A DNA stretch of 63,163 nt, counting the filler, from Sanchytrium tribonematis (lineage: Eukaryota): NCBI GenBank assembly GCA_018985235.1. It is 9 parts of 9 records of this genome, joined end to end, with 100 filler letters (N's around TTAATTAATTAA, not from the genome) between each part and the next. Parts side by side here need not be neighbours in the genome. Positions count along the whole stretch, not along the records: positions 49,268 to 56,170 come from JADGIG010000485.1; positions 56,271 to 63,163 come from JADGIG010000486.1; 7 more parts are not named here. One strand, written 5' to 3'. The notes beneath the pieces are model-generated. The model searched no databases. It saw nothing but the letters and a program-made list of their open reading frames with translations, and was not told where the DNA came from. A program made the position numbers and the translations under genes. Positions within the stretch are counted from its first letter, which is position 1, and every line of letters begins with the position of its first letter. Below are positions 54,754 to 63,163 of this stretch, piece after piece.

Positions 54754-55279
54754 ATGTCCAGTCCAAGAAGAAGGATTGAAAGTGATGTTATGAAATTATT
54801 AATGAGCGAAAGTGAAGTATCGTTAGTGAACGACAATATGCAAGAATTTTATGTGAATTTTAAAGGACCAGAAGGAACACCATTTGAAAATGGCGTTTGG
54901 AAAATTCATGTTGAGTTGCCAGATGCTTATCCGTACAAGAGTCCGTCCATAGGATTTGTCAATAAGATTTTTCATCCTAATATGTATATTTTATTAACGA
55001 AGAGACGAAATGAGTGGAAGTGTTTGTCTAGATGTCATCAATCAAACTTGGTCGCCAATGTTTGATTTGATTAACATATTTAGCGTATTTTTACCACAAC
55101 TCTTACGATATCCTAATCCTACTGATCCTTTAAATGGAGAAGCGGCTGCCTTACTTATGAGGGACCCAAATGGTTACGAATCTAAAGTAAAAGAATATGT
55201 ACAACGTTATGCATTAATAACAAACGAAGAGGAAGAAGAAGACATAGAGCTAAGTGATGATCTGGATATGGATCTGTAA
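54754..55279 (+). CDS. UBC8: Ubiquitin-conjugating enzyme Ubc8/UBE2H; exons 54754-54983 and 55003-55279
   Basis: [25 protein letters not shown]; after splicing [26 protein letters not shown] (active-site Cys); acidic tail. Confidence 0.96.
54984..55002 (+). other. 19-nt spliceosomal intron (phase 2) in UBC8
   Basis: GTATATTTTATTAACGAAG; TTAAC branch-like motif; restores HPNID..SGSVCL. Confidence 0.96.
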
Positions 55280-55324
55280 TCAATAAACTTTTCACAAATT
55301 TAGAAAAACTCATTAATGCATTTA

Positions 55325-55429
55325 TTAATCGCAACACATCTCGTAACAGCAGAAGAGGCAGCACAAGTTTCGAATCCAGTGATGACTTTCTCTTTTTTGC
55401 TGATGATGGTGTCCTCTTTCTTGATCCAT
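55325..55429 (-). CDS. Candidate CYSTM-like Cys-rich microprotein (34 aa)
   Basis: MDQERGHHHQQKRESHHWIRNLCCLFCCYEMCCD*; stop overlaps AATAAA; CCAAT-box element 55482-55487 upstream. Confidence 0.55.
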   Translation of the reverse strand: MDQERGHHHQQKRESHHWIRNLCCLFCCYEMCCD

Positions 55430-55805
55430 TGTCCAAAGGGGAATTAATCCAATTTTTAAATGCGAGCAAATTGAAACTTCACCAATCAAGGGCTGAAGCA
55501 TTTTCAATTCATCCAAAATATTGCAAATTTGTGCGACATGACTTGGAAGATTTGAGCACCTCTCCAACATCACAATGAATATAAGAGTGAATTCTAATTG
55601 TACAAATTCATTCAACAAAGTTATATTTCTTCTTTTCACAATTTTGCTGGAGCTAATAACTGGTTTGGTCAGATTTATTTACAATAGTAGCCTAGGTAAT
55701 ACTAACAAAAAGGTACATAATCATGCTGAGTGTCGCTAATTTAGAATTAATAATTTGATTGGATAAGATTCGATTAAAATATCCTGACTTCCTTTCAGGT
55801 TGAAA

Positions 55806-56170
55806 ATGCCGCAGTGTTGGGCTTTGAGTTTATGGGAATCCTTGTGGTATGTTCATACAGAAGAAAGCTTGCCACTATTGGAATTTAAATGCACTCGCTG
55901 TTTAGATCCATACGTTACAGAAGTAGAATATTATTCGAGGCTCACGTCCTTACTCAAGGTACACAGCTCATTATTATTTGCGTTAATTGGACTATTTATG
56001 TGTTCTGCTATTGTTGTGACAAGTAGTATAGCCTTGTTAATTCATGGTGATTCGGATTTATTGGAAATGCCAATATTTTCATTTTTTGGGATCCGTGGTT
56101 TGACAGTACGAGTATGGTCTATTATTCTTTGTATTGGTTATGTTTTTGTGAATGTTTTAATGTGGTGCTT
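55806..56170 (+). CDS. Hypothetical membrane protein (3' partial)
   Basis: Two TM-like segments; GATTGG at 55757. Confidence 0.5.
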
Positions 56171-56607
56171 NNNNNNNNNNNNNNNNNNNNNNNNNNNNNN
56201 NNNNNNNNNNNNNNTTAATTAATTAANNNNNNNNNNNNNNNNNNNNNNNNNNNNNNNNNNNNNNNNNNNNGAATTATTTCAGCATGATCATGTTGGTGAT
56301 TCTTATTTTGCTTAATTCACCAAAATAAATAGAAATCAATTATTATTATGGAAATATCATTGTCTTCAACATAGTATATCCCAAAAGCGTAATAAAAAGA
56401 ATTATTAGATTCTGGTTTATTTTCACATTTTGAGTGACATCTTTTCGTCACAAATTAGAATTTGGAAAAGGGAAACAATTCAAAACTAAATTAATCAATT
56501 CTACCTTGAAAATATAGAATCTTGTTTTTTTTGTAATAAAATCTTAGGAATCGATTATAAAATAACATCGAAGCACCAACCCTTACAACTTAATTTAAAA
56601 TACTAAG

Positions 56608-57720
56608 TCAATGTTTGAGATCTTGAATTATAGCAAAAGCTGCATCTAATCTATTTGTATCATCTGCTTTGGAGACACCATCTATTAAGATAAATTCTGA
56701 GAATACTTTTCCGCGTATTTCAGAGATTTCAACTTCATCTTTTAGCATTTTCTTGAGCAATATTTCTGTTCTCATTAAATCCCACTCTTGTTTTGATCTG
56801 AAATTCGAACCATGATAATCTTTTTCTGCAAAACTTGATACCGTATTTAGAAGTGCTGCCAATTGATTTCGCAATAGTGGATCGTCAATAACAACATGAG
56901 GTTCTTTCTTCAGCAGTGACATTGGACTTTCTTTCGGAGTCTTCTCTTGTTCATTGTCTTCTAGCTTGTTACCATCTCTATTATGGAGTGTTTTATCGTC
57001 TGACTCTTTGATAATTCTAGACTTTTGCTCATGCTTATTTGGAAGTACAATATAATCTTCAGTACCCACGGAGTCACAAATTTTGTATATTACAACAAAT
57101 TTTTGTTTGCTCCGTGGGCGAGAGGTTGCCAAGCCCTTTGATTTAGTTTCAATTTTTGTTGGCAACTCGGAAATGTGCTTGCTGATATAATGAATGGGCA
57201 AATCTGTATGCTTCCGCCTTTTGTAAACACCGGCTTGATTTTTAGCGCTATCGTGGTAATCCTCCGCTTCAAGTGTTCTCTTCACTCCTAATCCAGGGCT
57301 AGTTTCGCCTGCAAACAATATTTTGGGGCGCTTATTTGGTTTCTCGACATAGTTTGCCGCCCGCTTTCTATGAACCCAAGTGTATGGGGCGTTAACTTGA
57401 AATTGCTGGTGTGTTTGCTCACCATTTTGATTCCCAGGCTGGTTTTGGCATGTCGCTTGACTCTGCTTAAATTGAGTAGCAACAGGTCCTTTTTCTTTGC
57501 GAAGAACTAGCCTCTTTTTTGGACTCCAGATAGTCTGCATATTTTCATAATCTTTTGTTATATTTCTGCGCCAAGGCTGACTTGCGAATCCTCGGCAATT
57601 TCTTTCAAGTAGAGTTCTAGCACTATCCTTTTCAACATTCCATTGTTTTTCTTGCAGTTTTGTGGCAATGGTATCGAAAATGCTTGTAATTTGTGTTTTC
57701 AAAATAGCGAAATACGACAT
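56608..57720 (-). CDS. Hypothetical basic, largely disordered protein
   Basis: 370-aa ORF from ATG; no motif recognised. Confidence 0.55.
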   Translation of the reverse strand: MSYFAILKTQITSIFDTIATKLQEKQWNVEKDSARTLLERNCRGFASQPWRRNITKDYENMQTIWSPKKRLVLRKEKGPVATQFKQSQATCQNQPGNQNGEQTHQQFQVNAPYTWVHRKRAANYVEKPNKRPKILFAGETSPGLGVKRTLEAEDYHDSAKNQAGVYKRRKHTDLPIHYISKHISELPTKIETKSKGLATSRPRSKQKFVVIYKICDSVGTEDYIVLPNKHEQKSRIIKESDDKTLHNRDGNKLEDNEQEKTPKESPMSLLKKEPHVVIDDPLLRNQLAALLNTVSSFAEKDYHGSNFRSKQEWDLMRTEILLKKMLKDEVEISEIRGKVFSEFILIDGVSKADDTNRLDAAFAIIQDLKH

Positions 57721-57869
57721 TTTTTGGCCTTAAAATTCTGATTATTTTATTTAATGAGGCTATTTCTTTATAGTGGTTCACTAAACTTCAAAATTGCGAT
57801 TGGATTAGTTAAATGTAGACCTGTTTATTCAATTCTACAATTAATGTACCCCTAGACACAAATACAAAA

Positions 57870-59873
57870 ATGAATGAATTACCAATTTTGAAGTACAAGA
57901 CTCAAATAATTGAGAAAATATCTGCATGTGATAGATTGCTGGTTGTTTCCGACACCGGATCTGGTAAAACAAGTCAAATTCCACAAATTGTACATTTCTT
58001 TGACAAATCAGCAAAAATTTGCGTCTCCCAACCCAGACAAGTCGCATGTATTTCCAACAGCAAGCGTGTAGCATCTGAATTAAAATCACGCATTGGAGAC
58101 TTGGTAGGATATCAAGTCAGATTCGACAAGAACTTTGGGCCTCAAACAAAAATTGTGTTTATGACCGATGGTGTAATATTGAAGTATTTGAATGACGAGA
58201 ATTTTGAATTTGATTATTTTATTTTAGACGAATGTCATGAGCGTTCCGTAAATACCGATTTACTTTTAGGATTATTAAAAAGCAAAAGCTGCAAACTCAT
58301 AGCTATGAGTGCAACTGTTGACACAAAGAAATTTGAAAAATATCTAAACTGTGATACATTTTACGTGCCTGGACGTCCATTTCCAGTCGAAATACTTCAT
58401 TCAAATATATACAAGCCTTTTAACGAATTGCAAATGTCATATTTTAATGATTCCATAAAAATGGTTAAAAAGATAAATCAAGGTAAAGAAATGGGAGATA
58501 TTCTAGTCTTTTTGACTGGCCGCGAAGAAGTTGAACAGGCATGTAATATAATCAGAAATTCAGAAACAGGTATTGTTGCATTTCCACTCTATTCAGATTT
58601 AGACACTTTTGAACAGCACCAGGTTTTTGAAAAAACTGTAAAAAGAAAAGTCATTTTTAGTACCAATATAGCTCAGACAAGTGTTACAATTCCTAATATT
58701 AGATTTGTAATTGATTGCGGATTTTCAAAGGATATGGTTTATGACAATACAAATGGGATTTCGTCACTCATTGTGGAACCTATTTCTCAGTCTGCTGCAA
58801 ATCAAAGATCTGGAAGGGCAGGGAGAACTAACGCAGGTCGTACATATAGACTATATTCAAAGCAAAATTTTGATCAAATGGATTTTGAATCAATCCCTCA
58901 AATACATCGCGTCAACATAGTAGATATTGTACTAATTCTGCTTCAAGTTTGCAAAAATGTTCAAGATTTTGATTGGCTGGATGCTCCAAATATCGATAAT
59001 ATGGAGGCTGCAATATTTCAATTAAGATTGCTGGACGCATTTGAAGAGGGTTCAGACGATCTGAAACTATCAAAAATTGGCAATATATTTTGTCAATTTC
59101 CTCTAAGCCCTACACTTTGCAGGGCTCTTATTGCATCAGTGGAATTAAATTGTTCATCCGATTTTTTAAAAATAGCCTCAATGTTGACTACCGAACGAAT
59201 ATACCTCCATAACCGCCTTCTTTCAGACGAGGAGTTGCTAATTGATCGAAGACCTTTATTTCACGAGAGCGGTGATCACTTGACTTTGCTGAATATATAC
59301 AACCTCTTTCTAAGTAATCAAAAATCCAGGCATTGGTGTATGAATTTCCACCTTAATCCAAAATCTCTGATAAATGCAACTAGAATCCACAAACAACTGA
59401 CAAATACTATGTCAAGAGTTGGACTGGAAATCACAGAAGGGGGCAATTCTAATGACATATTGAAAGCTTTGGGTACTGCTTTCTTCAGAAATGTGGCGAA
59501 AAAATACGGAAATCAAAAATTGTTTTTCAATTACTTTAAGACACTTTATCCGAATTGTAAACCAAAGCATGAGAAGCAGGTTGAAGGTACGGAAATTCTC
59601 CATTTAAATTCACAATCTGTGCTAAATTTGCAAGAAAATTACGAGCTGGTTTTGTTTACGGATATCATCTATACAAACAAGCCTTCAATAATTTATTGCA
59701 GCAAAATTGATTTGAATGATTTGATCGGACTTGGAAAAATCGAGAAACAATTTGGCAACTCTCAGCCACTCTCCGTAGCAAAACCAAAAAAGAGAAGCAC
59801 AGAGAAAAATATTGATATAGATGCCGCGAAAGAGCGTTATAAAAGAAGAAAAGTGAATATGTCATTGGACTAG
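57870..59873 (+). CDS. DEAH-box RNA helicase (DHX40-like)
   Basis: DTGSGKTSQIPQ, SQPRQVA, DECHER, SAT, STNIAQTSVTIP, QRSGRAGR, HA2 region; C-terminal IDAAKERYKRRK. Confidence 0.9.
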   Translation: MNELPILKYKTQIIEKISACDRLLVVSDTGSGKTSQIPQIVHFFDKSAKICVSQPRQVACISNSKRVASELKSRIGDLVGYQVRFDKNFGPQTKIVFMTDGVILKYLNDENFEFDYFILDECHERSVNTDLLLGLLKSKSCKLIAMSATVDTKKFEKYLNCDTFYVPGRPFPVEILHSNIYKPFNELQMSYFNDSIKMVKKINQGKEMGDILVFLTGREEVEQACNIIRNSETGIVAFPLYSDLDTFEQHQVFEKTVKRKVIFSTNIAQTSVTIPNIRFVIDCGFSKDMVYDNTNGISSLIVEPISQSAANQRSGRAGRTNAGRTYRLYSKQNFDQMDFESIPQIHRVNIVDIVLILLQVCKNVQDFDWLDAPNIDNMEAAIFQLRLLDAFEEGSDDLKLSKIGNIFCQFPLSPTLCRALIASVELNCSSDFLKIASMLTTERIYLHNRLLSDEELLIDRRPLFHESGDHLTLLNIYNLFLSNQKSRHWCMNFHLNPKSLINATRIHKQLTNTMSRVGLEITEGGNSNDILKALGTAFFRNVAKKYGNQKLFFNYFKTLYPNCKPKHEKQVEGTEILHLNSQSVLNLQENYELVLFTDIIYTNKPSIIYCSKIDLNDLIGLGKIEKQFGNSQPLSVAKPKKRSTEKNIDIDAAKERYKRRKVNMSLD

Positions 59874-59916
59874 GTCTAGAACTTATTTAATAAGTAAGAA
59901 TGGCCTAATTTTCTAG

Positions 59917-61071
59917 TCAAACCGAGTGTGTAGGGGACTGTTCCTGTGACGCAAATGATACTCTTCTTTCATCCTTAGGGCTATTGTTGTTGCTACCATT
60001 ACTATTTGTGTCTTTTAAACAAGATTTAGACGGCGACTTTAATTCCTTAGCGCTCATAACTTTCTTCAATTTGTAGTTTTCCTGATTATTTCCAGATTCC
60101 AGCATAAATTTATCGCTATTTGAATGACCATTCAAGGGTTTGAATTCAAGAAATTCATCGATACTCTCAGCACTAGCCAATGGCTGGTTATAAATCTCAT
60201 TTATGGGAGATTTGAGTGGCTGCTTGACTATCTTAGGTGTGAATCTATAAAAAAGTAGGTCTATGTCGTCCATTGGACTTGAAATGTCAACAGAATCGTC
60301 CTCTATAAAATCCTTCTCTAACTGTGTAATAACTCCCAACTGACTATTCCTCATATCTTCCAAAGAATCATTGGCAGAAACAAGTTGGATGGAATTAATA
60401 TCCCATCTAGGATACTCGCCATTTAAAGCATTAGTAGAATGAAATAATAAGTGATATTTGATACTCATATTAAACTTGTGGTGCCAGATTTGGTGCATCC
60501 ATTCACTCATTTTCATTGTTTTTTTGGTAGTAATAGAATTAGATCTGACGTTTGATTGAACAATTTGTCTCATGTCCATGTAGTCATTTATATCACTCAA
60601 CGAAGATATTGGGGAATTAATGTCTATGGTGTTCATGTTTTCACTGGAAGATTGAGTGCTCAATTGTATATGAGCATATAGCCCCTGCTGTTGCAATATC
60701 TGCTTGTATTCAAATAAAATTAAACCTCGCCATAAAAGTCTTCTCCTCCTGTCCATTGGCGATTTGAATAGTTTAAATTCAATTAATGGCGTGTCTAATA
60801 AATGTGAATGATATTTCGTAAGATGTAATAGATGTTTACAGGCATATTTCAAGGTGTATAGTATTGAATCTGTAAAAGCGTGAGATAGCCAGTCTTTTGC
60901 CAATAATGGAGCCAGTAAAATCTCTATTAAACAAAACATGTAGAATACTACTAAAAAGAGTGGGAATAATATGAGATATATGACGGTTAGTAGGGATAAT
61001 AAATGATATCTTTTCATGTTGAAAGTAAATTGTGTTTCAAAAAAGTCAGTGAAACGGTGCACATGGGCCAA
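59917..61071 (-). CDS. Hypothetical protein with N-terminal TM segment and Ser-rich tail ending KSCLK..RRVSF (PP1-docking-like)
   Basis: 384-codon ORF; start uncertain. Confidence 0.55.
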   Translation of the reverse strand: MAHVHRFTDFFETQFTFNMKRYHLLSLLTVIYLILFPLFLVVFYMFCLIEILLAPLLAKDWLSHAFTDSILYTLKYACKHLLHLTKYHSHLLDTPLIEFKLFKSPMDRRRRLLWRGLILFEYKQILQQQGLYAHIQLSTQSSSENMNTIDINSPISSLSDINDYMDMRQIVQSNVRSNSITTKKTMKMSEWMHQIWHHKFNMSIKYHLLFHSTNALNGEYPRWDINSIQLVSANDSLEDMRNSQLGVITQLEKDFIEDDSVDISSPMDDIDLLFYRFTPKIVKQPLKSPINEIYNQPLASAESIDEFLEFKPLNGHSNSDKFMLESGNNQENYKLKKVMSAKELKSPSKSCLKDTNSNGSNNNSPKDERRVSFASQEQSPTHSV

Positions 61072-61187
61072 TTTGAACTTTTCTTTCAGTTGCAGAAAGC
61101 TTATCAGAATTTACTTAATCTAAAACGATCCATTTGGTTAAAATAATGTAAAAAAACTGGTAAAAATGCAAATTGTAAAATTACCCC

Positions 61188-63163
61188 ATGTCTGATTCCA
61201 CAACATCTCTAGAATGGACAGTCATTCGAGCCTTCTTTAAAGAAAGAGGGCTCGTGAAGCAACAGCTTGAGTCATTCGATGACTTTATTAAGATACAAAT
61301 ACAGCAAGTCGTGGATGATCAAGGACCTATTCGTGTGGAAACAGCCAAACCGGATTTAAATAGTAAACTGGAATTGGTAAAGCAATACGCCATAAATATG
61401 AGCCAAATATACGTGAGTAAACCAACCAATACTGAAGCCGATGGAAGTAATCAACCCTTATTGCCTGTTGAGGCTAGGATGAGAAATCTTACTTATGCTG
61501 CTCCTCTGTTTGTAGAGATGGAAAAAAGTACAAAGGAGTTTACCAGAGATGCAGAGTCTGTAACAATTGAAGAATTGGCAGAGGCAGAGGCTCAAGTTGA
61601 AGATGACATCAAAACTCGATCAAAAGTGTTTCTGGGAAAAGTTCCCATCATGATTCGTTCCTCATGCTGTATTTTATCAGATATCACAGAAGAAGATCTT
61701 TTCAGTATTCATGAATGTCCGCATGATCAAGGAGGGTATTTTATTATCAATGGAAGCGAGAAAGTTATTATTGCACAAGAACGGATGGCTGCAAATCAAA
61801 TCTATGTTTTCGATAAAGCAGCACCATCTCCTATAGCTTACATGTCCGAAATCAGATCTATACCACAAAAATCTTTTAGGAGTCCTGCTCTTTTGCAACT
61901 AAAAATGAAAAGAAGTCATACTGATCGACATATTCGTGCTACAATTCCTTATATCCGACAGGACATTCCTATTATGATTGTATTTCGAGCTTTGGGTGTG
62001 GTGAGCGACAAAGATATATTGGAGCGTATTTGTTATGATATGGAAGACGAGCAAATGTTAGAAATGATTAAGCCTTGTATCGAAGAATCTTTTGCTATTC
62101 AAGACCAACAATTGGCTATGGATTTTATCGCCAAAAGAGGAGCTGTGGTGGGAGTCACCAAGGAAAAGCGTTTAAGATATACAGAGGATATTCTAACCAG
62201 AGAAGTCTTACCACATATTGGAGTTTCTCAAGTGGAAAATATTAGAAAAGGTTGGTTTTTAGGTTATATGACTCACCGTATGTTACTCTGTGCTTTAGAG
62301 CGAAGAGAATTAGATGATCGTGATCACTATGGTAAGAAGAGATTAGATTTGGCAGGCCCTTTAATGACAGGGTTATTCCGAATTTGTTACATAAAAATGC
62401 GAAAAGAAGTCACTAAATATCTTCAACGATGTATTGATAATAACAGAGACTTCAATCTCACGTTGGCTATTCGAACCAAAACTATTACTGATGGGCTTAG
62501 ATATTCATTGGCAACTGGTAATTGGGGAGACCAAAAGAAATTTATGCAAGCCAGAAGCGGTGTCAGTCAAGTCCTGAATCGATACACTTATGTTTCCACA
62601 CTAAGTCATCTGCGAAGATTAAACACACCAATTGGTAGAGAAGGTAAATTAGCAAAACCCAGACAACTTCATAATTCCCATTGGGGCTACTTATGTCCAG
62701 CAGAGACTCCAGAAGGTCAAGCATGTGGTCTTGTTAAAAACCTTGCTATGATGGCAACTGTGAGTGTTGGAAGTCCTTCTGATGTTGTGCAAGAATTTTT
62801 AGAAGAATTTACAGTAGAAAATTTAGAAGAAATCAGTGCAGATGCCTTCAAACTTGGTACAAAAGTTATTCTTAATGGTGCTTTAATGGGTCTCCACAGA
62901 GCTCCTTATGATTTAGTGAGAAATTTGAGAGATATGAGAAGAATGGGCGAATTTAGTCATGAAGTGAGCATTGTATACGATTTTAGAGATAATGAAATAC
63001 GTATCTGTACTGATAGTGGTCGAATTTTGAGACCCTTGTTTATTGTGAATGATCATGGCAACGAGCTCGTTTTTCAAGAAGAAGATTTGAACAAATTACA
63101 CGCTGAAGAAATCAATTGGTCCTATTTGGTGGCAAATGGCATGATTGAGTATATAGACACTGA
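61188..63163 (+). CDS. RPB2: RNA polymerase II second-largest subunit (3' partial)
   Basis: Manual translation: GLVKQQLESFDDF, EARMRNLTY, GKVPIMIRS, GGYFIINGSEKVIIAQE, DDRDHYGKKRLDLAGPL, SLATGNWG, PRQLHNSHWG..CPAETPEGQACGLVKNL. Not in the ORF track. Confidence 0.97.
   Translation, partial: MSDSTTSLEWTVIRAFFKERGLVKQQLESFDDFIKIQIQQVVDDQGPIRVETAKPDLNSKLELVKQYAINMSQIYVSKPTNTEADGSNQPLLPVEARMRNLTYAAPLFVEMEKSTKEFTRDAESVTIEELAEAEAQVEDDIKTRSKVFLGKVPIMIRSSCCILSDITEEDLFSIHECPHDQGGYFIINGSEKVIIAQERMAANQIYVFDKAAPSPIAYMSEIRSIPQKSFRSPALLQLKMKRSHTDRHIRATIPYIRQDIPIMIVFRALGVVSDKDILERICYDMEDEQMLEMIKPCIEESFAIQDQQLAMDFIAKRGAVVGVTKEKRLRYTEDILTREVLPHIGVSQVENIRKGWFLGYMTHRMLLCALERRELDDRDHYGKKRLDLAGPLMTGLFRICYIKMRKEVTKYLQRCIDNNRDFNLTLAIRTKTITDGLRYSLATGNWGDQKKFMQARSGVSQVLNRYTYVSTLSHLRRLNTPIGREGKLAKPRQLHNSHWGYLCPAETPEGQACGLVKNLAMMATVSVGSPSDVVQEFLEEFTVENLEEISADAFKLGTKVILNGALMGLHRAPYDLVRNLRDMRRMGEFSHEVSIVYDFRDNEIRICTDSGRILRPLFIVNDHGNELVFQEEDLNKLHAEEINWSYLVANGMIEYIDT

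Noticed and set aside
54960..55020. Programmed ribosomal frameshifting or sequencing indels at the split genes
   Set aside because: A simple shift would leave a 6-7 residue insertion inside invariant motifs; each site has GT..AG ends and a shared branch-like motif.
55261..55578. Startless ~105-codon plus-strand open frame after UBC8
   Set aside because: No ATG or plausible mini-intron connects it, and AATAAA directly follows the UBC8 stop; the minus-strand Cys-rich ORF has better signals.
1..63163. CRISPR arrays, operons or prokaryotic defence systems
   Set aside because: Content is eukaryotic throughout and no repeat-spacer array was seen.

Overview
The window is eukaryotic nuclear DNA. 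It is nine unrelated ~6.9-kb contigs, sorted by size and joined by artificial 100-nt N/TTAATTAATTAA spacers, so adjacency across spacers means nothing. The genome is AT-rich, very gene-dense and intron-poor, and uses the standard genetic code. A chitin-synthase-like GT2, a fungal-type PFK N-terminal domain and an axonemal outer-arm dynein point to an early-diverging zoosporic fungus or relative (inference). Main discovery: every intron I can reconstruct (seven, in four contigs) is only 19-20 nt, GT..AG, with an invariant branch-point-like YT[A/T]AY whose A is exactly 6 nt from the 3' end. Removing them restores conserved motifs in Rab11, PFK, RPB5 and UBC8. Second highlight: contig 3 has three duplicated secreted Cys-rich peptide genes with a near-identical signal peptide and shuffled two-Cys modules, alternating with secreted LRR genes. 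Contig 4 is a cluster of decayed transposons (Ty3/Gypsy, Crypton-like tyrosine recombinase, PIF/Harbinger). There is one tRNA-Arg(ACG). AATAAA signals sit at or beside stop codons, and CCAAT boxes recur upstream of starts.
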